A DNA stretch of 64,000 nucleotides. It comes from Geosiphon pyriformis uo1. Taxonomy: Eukaryota; Fungi; Glomeromycota. Positions 39,519 to 50,731 of this stretch are shown piece after piece (position 1 is the first letter of the stretch; each line of letters starts with the position of its first letter). The stretch is taken from positions 328,763-392,762 of the forward strand of contig JAAOMT010000057.1 of the NCBI GenBank assembly GCA_016748015.1, read 5' to 3'. A program made the translations under genes and the position numbers. A model generated the notes under the pieces. The model saw nothing but the letters and a program-made list of their open reading frames with translations. It searched no databases and was not told where the DNA came from.

Positions 39519-42500
39519 TGTAGTCCTGACTGGCCCGAGTGGCTGGTCACGTGTAGAAAGCACATGATTCGCACCTAGTCTAGATCATTTGTATGACGTA
39601 TAGCACTAGGTTGCGTTTGGACCTCACTCATTAAAATATAAAAAAAAAAAAAAAATTAATAAAACAAAACTATTTAATAATATATATTAAAAAAATTCTA
39701 ATATTATAAATACAAGAAAACTTCTTTTTCTCATTCATCTCAAATTTCCAAAAAAGAACCAAAAATTTTTTCTGAAAGAAGTTTTTCATCATTCAGCATG
39801 CTAAATTCAAACTGTTTTTGCTTGATTATGAGGCCACCATTGGCTCTAATATTGCTGTTCTGAACAAGTTTATTATGGAACCTAGTTTTAACATTAGTGT
39901 TAAGTCAACTGAACTTAGAAAAAAAAGAAAAGGTGGTGCTTTAGAAGATAACATTGGTAATTGGAAATTTGTTACTGCTAAGATGTCAAGTAGTTGTTCT
40001 TAAGGTTCTGAGACCAATAATACTACTGAGTCTAATAGTGTGGACATAGAGGAGGAGTGTTTGGTTGAAAAAACCAGTTTTGATCATGAAGATAGTGGAG
40101 TTTTCACTGGAAAAAATTCGAAACAAACACCTAAAAGTTTAAAAACTATTACCAAAAAAGTGTTGGGAAAGCCACTGGGGAAAATTGACTTCTTGGGTGA
40201 TAATAATGATGACATACTATTAGACAAATCTGTAGTTCTTCCTTCCTCTTTAAAGAACTTGGTCAATGTTTCTGTTAAGAAATCTTTTGCTTTGAACATC
40301 AGTTTGGACAATATTGTTGAGAAATCTGCTCAAAAAAAACTTGTGATAGTCAGGAAGTTGTTTTCAAAAATCAATGGTTTTGGGAGGGCTTCTACCTCCT
40401 CAAAATTTGTTGAGATAATTAAGACGACATTTACTTCTGAATTGAGTTTGGCGCAGACTTCTAAAAAGGCTGAAGAGGCAAAGATCTTGGTAAACTCCAA
40501 TCTCAAAAAATTATCTGGGCATTCAGATTGGGCTGTGGTATTAAAGAAAATTCCTGTTGAAACATCAACTGAGGCTGTGCATACTGTGCTATTTAGTTTT
40601 GGTGTGGTGGTGTCAATTAAAATGCAGTTGGTGGATTTGTGGTAGAAGGCTATAGTTGAATTTAATAAGAGTAAACAGGTTGATTTAGTTACAGCTTGTT
40701 GGTCTATCCTGATTAGAAAAGATGCTGTGTGTGTGGCCAGAGCTGATCAAGACAAGGAATTGTGGAACACAAGAGATCAACATAGGGCTTTGCTCTATAC
40801 TTTGCCAATAAAAATAACTGCTTATGACATCTGAGATTATATTGGCTTTGTGAGTGAAAAAACATGTATAATAGATTGTTATCCTGTTATGTATACTCAG
40901 GCCAAATATACTGTTGTTTGTTTTGAATCAGCCAATTCCTTGAATGCTGTCATGAAAACTACTCCAGTTTTAAGAGGTGTGAATATGTATTGGTTTTTTT
41001 TGGGTTTTCTAAATATGCTGAGTGTAGAAAATTGGGTCATATATCCTTGAACTGTGCTGTAGGTGAGAATTTTTCCTTTAAGAAACCTTTTTGCAGACCT
41101 TTTTCAGACATGAATAAATGCAGGTTGGCAACCATCTATGTCAAGTGTTTGACTTTGATTGTTCATTCTATTGCTTTTGGTGGGGTTTTTTGGGTGAAAA
41201 TTGCTGGTAGAAATGTTTTTCCTCTTCTTTCTGTGTGAAAAGTATCGGTCAATTCTGGCTCCTCTTTAGAGATAAAGCCTATCCTTCCTGATATGAGTGA
41301 TGTCGAAAAAAGGTTTGTTGTTTTGGAAAGCAGTCTTGCCAGTCTCGTGGAACAAATTGGTAAGTTGGTTAAGAGGTTGGACTCATTCATGTCAGCAGTT
41401 TCCCAGCCTAGTCCTGAATGTCAGCTACCAGTGACTCTCTCTCCCATCACAGAATTGGGTGAGTGATGTAGTAATGGAAGAGGATTTGAGTGAGGTCATA
41501 AGTGGTAAGACTGCTACAACTTTAGACTTTTTTGTTTCTCCTGAAGTAAAAAGATTGGAAAACATGTTGGAAGGACTTTCTGCTTCAGTTCTAAGTCTTA
41601 CAATAAGATTTAATGATTCAATTTTGGCTGGCAGTGCATTTTCCAAACCTCTTTTTCAATGACCAGTCTAGTTTGGAAGATTGCCATGTGTAATGTTAGG
41701 AGTATAAATAATTTTGTGAAACAGGATGATGTAATTTGTTGGCATAAAGAGATGAACAATTTGATTTCTATTGTTACTGAGACTAAGTTGAGGGGCAAGA
41801 TCCACCCATAGATCATGAATAAATTTGATGGTGTCCAGGTTTTCACTTCTGGTTTGGACTCTGGTTACTTGGGTTCTGGTGTTGTGATTATTATGAACAA
41901 TTCTTTGGCAAGACATGTATGTAAGGTTTTCAAGATTTCCGGTTGACTCCTTTCCTTCAAATTACTCTTCAAGAATAATCTTTCTGTGTTGATTTTGGAA
42001 TTCTATGCTGGTGCTTTGTTAGTGGTTTGGTTTTCTCAAGCTGATAAAATCAACTCTCTCATTGCAAAGGCAGTAAATAAGTCCTCTTTCATTATTTTGG
42101 GTGGTGATTTCAATGAAGACGGAGCCTGAAAGTGTGCTAGTTTCAAGAAGTGCTTTGATTTGGGTTTAGTTGATTCTCTAAGGGGAAGTTTGTTTGCCAA
42201 GATGCTTATGTAGACCAATTCTCATGGTGTTGCTAAAGCTCTTGATTACATTTTTGTTTCTTTAAGTTTAGTCAATGCTGTAATAGATGGTAGTGTGGCC
42301 AATGTTGAGAACTATTTTAATACCAATCACAAAGCTGTTTTTGCTTCCATGGGTTTGGGTGGTTTGCTCAATATTCATTTGAGTTTAATATGTAAGCAGG
42401 CAAATAAAAATCATTGGAAGTTTGATGTTAAAAGTGTAGATGAAGCAAAATGAAGTGAATTTAAGAATACTACTACAGCCAATGCTATTATGTTCTTGGA

Positions 42501-45500
42501 CAAGTTTGAGATAGCCAAGAAGTTCTCTGATCTGGATGCTATGTGGAATATTGTTTACAAAGTGATGATTTTTTTAGCTAATGATACTTTCAAGAAGAAA
42601 TGGTTTAAGGGTTATGATGGGGTGTTTACCAAAGAGTCTTCTAAGTTGCATAAATTGGAGATTTTGGTTTTGAAAATTGTCAAGGCTTCTTGTGAGATAG
42701 ACTCTAACAGGTTTGAGTCTTTGTTAAGATGCTGGATTTCTATGAATAGTAACAAAACTTCTGTTGTTTGGGATCTTGTGAGTTCTGGTGTAAGTTTGAA
42801 TCATGTTTGTTCTGTTCTTTGTGGTGTGAGGAGGTCCTATCATGCCTCTAAGTTTGCTGAGTCTTTGCAAACCAAGGAGTCAAGCATTAGATCAACAAAG
42901 ACTACACAATCCATAGTGTTTTGGAATGTTCATTCCGCAAAGTGGCATTGGATCATTTGGTTTCTGATAATGATTTGATTTTGGACCCAGTAGAAGTTAA
43001 GAATAAGGTGGATGATATAATGGAGGGCTGAACAAGGAAGAAGGCTGTGCTAAAAAGTGTTCCTGATTTGTGGCAGCATCAATACCTGCCATTGGGTTAT
43101 GTCAACAATAATGCCTTTTTTAGTGTGATAAATGCTATCAGTTTGAATGACTTGACGCATGTGATTAAGAATTTACCAGATAGTAAAGCTGTTGGCTTGT
43201 TTGGCATTTCAAATGAACTTTGAAAACATTGTGATGGTTTTGTGCTAGGCTTGCTTCTAGATCTTTTGAATATTTGTTTGGTGTGTGAGTCAGTTCCCCA
43301 TTGTTGGAAGGAAGCTTAGGTGTCAATGATTCCCAAGCCCTATAAGTGGGAGAGTGTCTTAACAAATACTAGACCAATCACTTTAATTGAGACTGCTCAT
43401 AAGATTTTTTCTAAGTTGCTGTCTGACAGGGTTTTGTTAGTGTGTAGTCTATTAAATGTACTTTGTGGGGACAATTTTTCTGTGCTTAAAGACACTACTA
43501 CTCAGTCTCCTATTTTTGCCATTGGTTTGGTTGTTAAAGACACTTTGGAGAAGAATTGTGAACTTTGGCTTGTGCTACAAGATATGTGTAAAGCCTATGA
43601 CTCTATGAGTTGGCATCACTTGTATAATAGTTTGGTTCAAATCAAAATGTGCAGATGTTTTATTAGATTTTTTGGTTCTATTCACAATAACTGTGTTAAT
43701 CAGATTATGACTAATTTTGGTTTAACTAATGAGTACTGAATATATAATAGTCTTGATTAGAGTAAGGTTTTCTTTTCTTTGCTATTGAAGATCTTTTATG
43801 ACCCCCTTTTGTGTAAGATCAAGAAACAGAAAAGTTTGTGTGGATACCAAATTAATACTAAATTTGTAGCCAAGACAGATAAGATAGAAGACAGTTTGAC
43901 TTTGTTTCTGGCTGCTGGTGCATTTGTAGATAATACTATTTGAGTGGGTTGCAGTCAGGCTGCCATTCAGTATATCTTGGACACAGTGAGTGAATTTTTC
44001 AGAGTGAATGACATTTCTATCAATAACGAGAAAACTGTAGCTATTTTTATTAATCAGAGGGTTAGTAATGCATTATTGTCAATTAGTGGTCTGCCAATTT
44101 CAATTGCTCACAGAAAGAAGTCTCATTGATACCTTGGCATTTATTTGTCATCTAAGGATTTGTCCAAACCCAGTTTGGCTAAGACACATATGAACATCAA
44201 GTTTTTTGTCAATTTGGTTCTTAAAAAAGCTATTTCGGACAAGTAGTTTCTTTATCTAGTATTAGCTGTATTGCAACCCATTGTCAGTTATAGGACTCAA
44301 TTCAGCTTTGTTTCTAAGAATGTGTATGCAAAGTGGAATACATTGATTAGGAAGAGGTTAAGACTTAAGGCTGGTCTTCTGAAAAACTTTCCCAATGAGG
44401 CTCTTCATTATTCTTCTTTGTATGGCTTGAAATCTTTTAAGCAGTTGCAGACTGAATGCAAAGTGACTTTTGTGTTGTGTTTCTCAAATGCTGGTGGTGT
44501 TTTTGGTCGTTTGTTCAATCATAGATCTCTGGATCTTCAAGTTTTGAGTTGGTCATCTATTTACTTTCTATGTCATTTGATTAGGTTGCGTATTAGTCTG
44601 GTCAATAATTTTTTGGCAGGTGTCATTAAGATTTTTTTGGACTATAACATGTCTTTCAACAATCTCTCTGTTTTTGCATTCCGCTTTTCTGGTGGGACAT
44701 TAATATTTACAGTTTTGGGAGCTTCTTTGTTTTATAATGTTTCTTCTTCTCTCAAAAAGTTTGGGGTCATCTTTGTCAAGCAGTTATATACCAAAAAAGA
44801 TTTGATTTTCGATTAGAAAACCTTTCGTTGTTAGAAGAGACTTGATCCAAAAGGCTCTGTCTTTTGTTGGTTTATTCTGATTTATGACTTTTTGGATCAA
44901 TTTTCTATTTCTGATGATTTGCACATTGAAGATTTATGGACTATGAATGTTTGCAGCTTGGATGCGGTTTTCAGATTGGGCCAGTGCCTTTCTTCTGTAA
45001 ATATGGAGGTTGTTAGTGTTTACACTAATGGATCATTAAGGGATTTAGGTTTATGTAAAATGAAGTATAGTGCTACTGCTTACTTCTCAGATCTGGATCT
45101 GAGTATTAGTGCTAAGGTTGGTGGATTGGTATCTTCGACTATGGCAGAACTGCAAACAATTGCTTTGGCTTTGGAATGTGTTTCCCTTGGCAGTTCAATA
45201 ATGGTTTATTCAGACAGTCAGACTGCTTTGGATGTATGTGTAGTTGAATCTGCTCTGGTGTTTTCGGATTTCCACAACTGTTACTGGATGGAGCGGCATG
45301 GTATTATCAATTTAATTAAGAGAAAGCAGCTTGATGTTTCTTGGCATAAGGTAAAAAGACATTCGGATATTATAGGTAATAAGCATTATTACTCATAGAA
45401 AAAGAATACAAGAAAATAGTAGGAAAAAACAGATAGGGAAAATAGACCAATAAGAAAATAGTATTTAGCATATAAGCACATTGCTCAGCAATGTGAAGCA

Positions 45501-46427
45501 TTGTTAGAGAATCATGGCACATTGTTTAGCAATGTGAGCATTGCTTGAAAAATTATAGAACATTGCTCAAGAATATGAGCAATCTCATAAAACTCAAATT
45601 ATGTATATATAGCAGTAGTATCAGAAGTCAAAAAATTAGTCAAGGAGACAAAAAGTTAAAAAGACTAAAAGTCAGTAGAACTCTCAGAGTCAATTAGACT
45701 TGCAGATCATAATGATTAAATACTCTTCCTTCAAAAGATAGAATACTATAACTTGAAAAAAAATTACTTCCATATTAATGAAATTATCTATTATCCATAA
45801 ATCTATGTTATTATTCACTACTTAACCTGCTGGCACAATAGCTCTTGATCACAGCTATTAACAGGATATTTATTTCTTATTTTATTTTCTTTATTTCTTT
45901 ATTTTCTTTTATTTTCTTTTGTTATTTACTAAATTGATTAAAAAGTTAAGTGCTAAGTTATTGATGTCAAAGATAGCCTGGTAAAAAACCCCAAAGGAAG
46001 GATATCGGAATTGAGAATTTAAGGATAGTTTACCAAAAGAGCATCTTTGTCAAGATTACTGGCCACTATGCTGAGAAAAAAATTCGACAGAATTGCGATT
46101 CTGGGAGGCTACAAGGAAGACAACAATTAAATCTCTGTTTATTATATAAAAGACTTCACAACAAAACCTTCAGATCCACCAAATCTTCAGATAAAACAAC
46201 ATTTTCAAAGATACCAACACCAATTATATCAATTGAGCACCAAGTTACAGGTTTGTTATTTGATTTGAGATCCCAAATAATCACCTATAACATTTGGTGC
46301 TCCCTGTGAAGTATAATCCAACAGAGAACCAGCACCAGCAACAACCATGCAGGAAAGTGGCAGACCAAGAGAAAACAAGAGAAAATTACTTAGGATTTGT
46401 GAAATTTTTATTTTACTATTATCTTTG

Positions 46428-47175
46428 AAAAACTCGTTAAATTAAAACTCCAATTATTCAAGACCCAATCATTAAAACCCTGACCATTTGAAACGTACCA
46501 TTGATAAATTTGTTAAAAACTTGTTAAAATTAAAACTCCGATTATTCAAGACCTGATCATTAAAACCCTGAACATTCGAAAATTACCATTGAGAAATTCG
46601 TTAAAACTTGTTAAATTAAAACTCCGATTATTCAAAACCCAATTGTTAAAACTCTGAACATTCGAAACTTACTGTTGATAAATTTGTTAAAAACTTGTTA
46701 AAATTAAAACTCCAATTATTCAAGACTCAATCATTAAAACCCCAAACATTCGAAAATTACCATTGATAAATTTGTTAAAAACTCGTTAAATTAAAACTCT
46801 GTTTATTCAAAATCTGATCATTAAAACCCCGAACATTCAAAACTTACCTTTGATAAATTCATTAAAAAACTTGTTAAATTAAAACTCTGATTATTTAAGA
46901 CCCAATTGTTAAAACCCCAAACATTTGAAAATTACTGTTGATAAATTTGTTAAAAACTCGTTAAATTAAAACTCTATTTATTCAAAACCCAATCATTAAA
47001 AACCCCAAACATTCAAAAATTACCATTGATAAACTTGTTAAAACTTGTTAAATTAAAACTCTGACCTGATCGTTAAAACTCTGAACATTCAAAACTTACC
47101 TTTGATAAACTCATTAAAACTTGTTAAAACTCCAATTATTCAAGACCCAATCGTTAAAAAACCCAAACATTTGAA
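46428..47175 (+). repeat. ~87-bp tandem repeat, about 9 copies
   Basis: AAAACT(C/T)GTTAAATTAAAACTCC recurs at ~46428, 46515, 46603, 46689, 46777, 46865, 46952, 47040 and 47117. Confidence 0.9.
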
Positions 47176-47483
47176 ACCTGATAATTCTAACCCCACTATC
47201 ATACAAAGAAACTTACCATCAATAAAACTCATTAAACCTCTCGCAATTCAAACTCTGGGAATTATTTAAAAACCCAAACATTTGAAGTCTGATAAATTTC
47301 AAACACTGCTATCATACAAAGAAACTTACCTAATTCCCACAGTACTAATAAATCAGAAAAACCCACCTGACAGCCCTAAGTCAGAATATTGGAATGTAGT
47401 CACAATCTACTTCCATGTGTCATATATTCAAAGAAGAGCCAATCAGCGAGAACAAATAGGAATCAGAATCAGAACTTAATCCT

Positions 47484-47710
47484 AATTCAAACTCTGCTAA
47501 TGACAACAACAATTCAAATGCCACTAATGATAGCAATGATTCAAACTCTGCTGATGACAACAATGATTCAAACTCTGCTAATGACAACAATGATTCAAAC
47601 TTTGCTAATGACAATGATGATTCAAACTCTGTTAATGACAACAACAATTCAAATTCTACTAATAACAATGACGATTCAAACTCCACCAACAACAAATTCA
47701 AACTCTACTT
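47484..47710 (+). repeat. 24-bp tandem repeat (ATTCAAACTCTGCTAATGACAACA-like), about 9 copies
   Basis: Visible directly; produces the periodic ORFs IQTLLMTT and FESLLSLA. Confidence 0.92.
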
Positions 47711-50700
47711 CAAACACCAAACAATATATCATGCTTCTAGATCTTACAATAGAACAGGAATTAACTAAATTCAGTGATAATAATGAGGGCATTATGTCTG
47801 AATATGCACATAATACAGATGCAAGATTTAAAATTGATATTCTGAACAGACTGCTATAGTTAAAAACTCCAGTCACATATAAAATTAGATTTACAAATAG
47901 CAATAGAAATTACAGCAACAACATTGATACAAAAGAGAAATTTAGAAGATTTTGCAGAAGCTCAATATTAAAAGAGGGAATAATGTTACTCATAGAAAAA
48001 GAATACAAGAAAATAGTAGAAAAAAACAGATAGGGAAAATAGACCAATAAGAGAATAGTATTTAGTATGTGAGCACATTGCTCAGCAATGTAAAGCATTA
48101 TCAAAGAATTATGGCACATTGCTCAGCAATATGAACATTGTTTGAGAAATTATAGAACATTGCTCGAGAATGTGAGCAATCTCGTAAAACTCAAATTATG
48201 TATATATAGCAGTAATATCAGAAGTCAAAAAATTAGTCAAGAAGACAAAAAGTTAAAAAGACTGAGAGTCAGTAGGACTCTTAGAGTCAATTAGACTTGC
48301 AGGTCATAATGATTAAATATTTTTTCTTCAAAAAATAGAATATTATAACTTAAAAAAAAATCACTTCCATATTAATGAAATTATCTATTATCCATAAATC
48401 CATGTTATTATCTATTACTTAATCTGCTGGCACAATAGTTTTTGATCACAGCTATTAACAAGATACTTATTTCTTATTTTATTTTCTTTATTTCTTTATT
48501 TTCTTTTATTTTCTTTATTTTATTTTATTTTCTTTTGTTATTCACTAAATTGATTAAAGAGTTAAGTGCTAAGTTATTGACGTCAAGGATAGCCTGATAA
48601 AAAACCCCAAAGGAAGGGTATCAGAATTAAGAATTTAAGAATAGCTTACCAGAAGGGCATCTCTGCTAAGATTACTGGCCACTACACTGAGAAAAAAATT
48701 TGATGGAATTGCAATTTTGGAAGGCTATGGAGAAGACAATAATTAAATCTCTGTCCATTATACAAAGAACTTCACAACAAAACCTTCAGATCCACCAAAC
48801 CTTTAGATAAAACAATATCTTCAAAGATACCAACACTAATTATATCAATTGAGCACCAAGTTATGGGTTTGTTATTTGATTTGAGACCCCAAATAATCAC
48901 CTATAATAGCATGCTGATGAGTTAGCCAGTTTGGCTGCAAACTTTTCTTTGGCACTTTCTGTTTTAGTTAAGGAGAGATTTATCAAGGCTAGTGGGATGG
49001 CAGTATCTAAGAACGTTTGTCATTTTGCTCATGAGATTTTCAGGTCTGTTAATTGTGCTTGTTGGGAGGTTGGTCTTGGTTTTGATGTTATTAATGACAG
49101 TTTACTTGGTGATGTAAACTGGTTTTGTACTGCTTTGGTATGACACCCTGACTTCTATATGGCAACTGGCTTTACTAGTAAATCTATGGCTAGTTTGTAC
49201 TTTTATTTTTTAAAAGCCCTCCACCACTGTTTTCCAGTTGCTGTACAGAAGCGTTTATATAGTAAGGTCTACTCAAATGTCTTATGTCTACATTGTAGTG
49301 AAGTAGAAAGTTCCGACTACTTCTTTGTTTGTACGTTTGACTCTAATGCTCGTAAAAGTATTCTTAGATCTTATCTGGCCAAGTGGCATTGTGTTTTTGG
49401 ATTGAGCTTACATTTATCTTATGTTTCACAAGTGCTCTCTCTGTACACATCTGATAATGTGTTATATATCACTATAGGCAAAGGCTTTGTGTTCAGAGAT
49501 TGGGTTCAGAAAGCTTTGTCCATTCTGAGTGATGCTAAGGTTGTGGGAAGATTTATTGTTGATTTTGTTCAAGATTTGGGTGCTGCTTACTACATAGATA
49601 TTTGGTTGGTTAGAGCTAAATATAAGGCTTTAATGGAAAAAGATGGTTTAATTCTATTTGATGGTTTTGTATATTCTGTGACTCATGGTTTATCATGTAT
49701 GTTTTCTGCTGGAGTGATTAGGTTGCTTGGGATTGCTAAGACAGTTGGTGTCTGCTTTGGTTTTCATAAACATTGCTGCTTTTTTTCTGGTATAGATGAT
49801 ATGGTTTCTGTTTTAATAGATTTGTAGTGTTGCTCTGATCAGTCCGAGTGGCTGGTCACATATAGAAAGTGCATGATTAGCACTTAGTTTAGATTACTTA
49901 GTTTGATGTATTGCACTAGATGGCTTTTGGACTTTACTTATTAAAAGTTAATAAAAAAAAAATTATAAATATTTTAATTAATAATTAAATTAATTAAAAC
50001 TTTGTTAATAAAAATAATAATTAATAATTATTTAATATTTTTAAAGTTATTTTAAGAAAAAAAACTTTTTTTTTTCTTTATTTTAAATTTTTTAAAAAGA
50101 AAAAATTTTTATTTTTATTAAAATTTTATAAAATAATTTTTAACAATTACTATTAATAATAATATAATTAAAAACAATTGACAAAAAAAATTATTTATAA
50201 TTTTATTAATAATATTTTTATAAAACCAAAACTTTAATTAAAAATATTAAAAATTTAAATATTAAAGTAAATTTATTTTTAAAAATACTTTTAAATAATA
50301 TTAATCCTAAATAGTTTAATAATATAATAATTAATTCTAAAAAAAAAATTTTTTTTAATAATTAATAATAATTATAAAATAGATAATAAAAGTAAAAATA
50401 CAAACAAAATAATAATATTTTTACATAATATTAAAATTATTATATATATTTATAATTCTATAAAAAAACATATTTTTTTTAATATTTTAATATAATATTT
50501 ATTATTATTATATTATAATATTTATTTTCAATATTATTTAGTAATTATTATTTTTTTAAGATTATTATTATATTATATTATGATTAAATAATTTATATTA
50601 TTTTATAATTTTTACTAAATTCTTAAACTATAATAATATATAATTAAAACTATTAAAAATTAAATTACTTAAAAACAAAAAAATAAATTTAAAACTATTT

Positions 50701-50731
50701 TATTTATTTTTTCTATAAATATTATAATATA

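Larger units (their letters stand above)
32897..39655 (+). mobile_element. LINE B: full-length, near-intact
   Basis: TSD TTAATAAAACAAAA (32883-32896, 39656-39669); 5'UTR, ORF1, ORF2, structured 3'UTR and poly(A). Confidence 0.97.
45387..48908 (+). mobile_element. Non-autonomous LTR element (deletion derivative of a dUTPase-Gypsy family)
   Basis: LTRs at 45387-46292 and 47984-48908; TSD GCAT (45383-45386, 48909-48912); PBS TGGTGCTCCCTGTG at 46295; PPT AAAAGAGGGAA at ~47970. The interior holds only a gag stub, repeats and a dUTPase N-terminal stub (EGIMSEYAHNTDARF). Confidence 0.93.
39713..49961 (+). mobile_element. LINE C: full-length, degenerate, interrupted at 45387-48908
   Basis: TSD ATTATAAATA (39703-39712, 49962-49971). 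ORF1 ~39818-41662 and ORF2 41659-49827. GNKH|ADELA is rejoined when the insert is removed. Confidence 0.94.

Noticed and set aside
39519-39625. Hammerhead or HDV ribozyme in the LINE 3'UTR (CTGA..GAAA)
   Set aside because: The CTGA is paired in a stem and is not CUGANGA; the ribozyme topology does not fit.
46428-47710. CRISPR-like array
   Set aside because: Contiguous tandem units without unique spacers, no cas genes, and located inside an LTR element.
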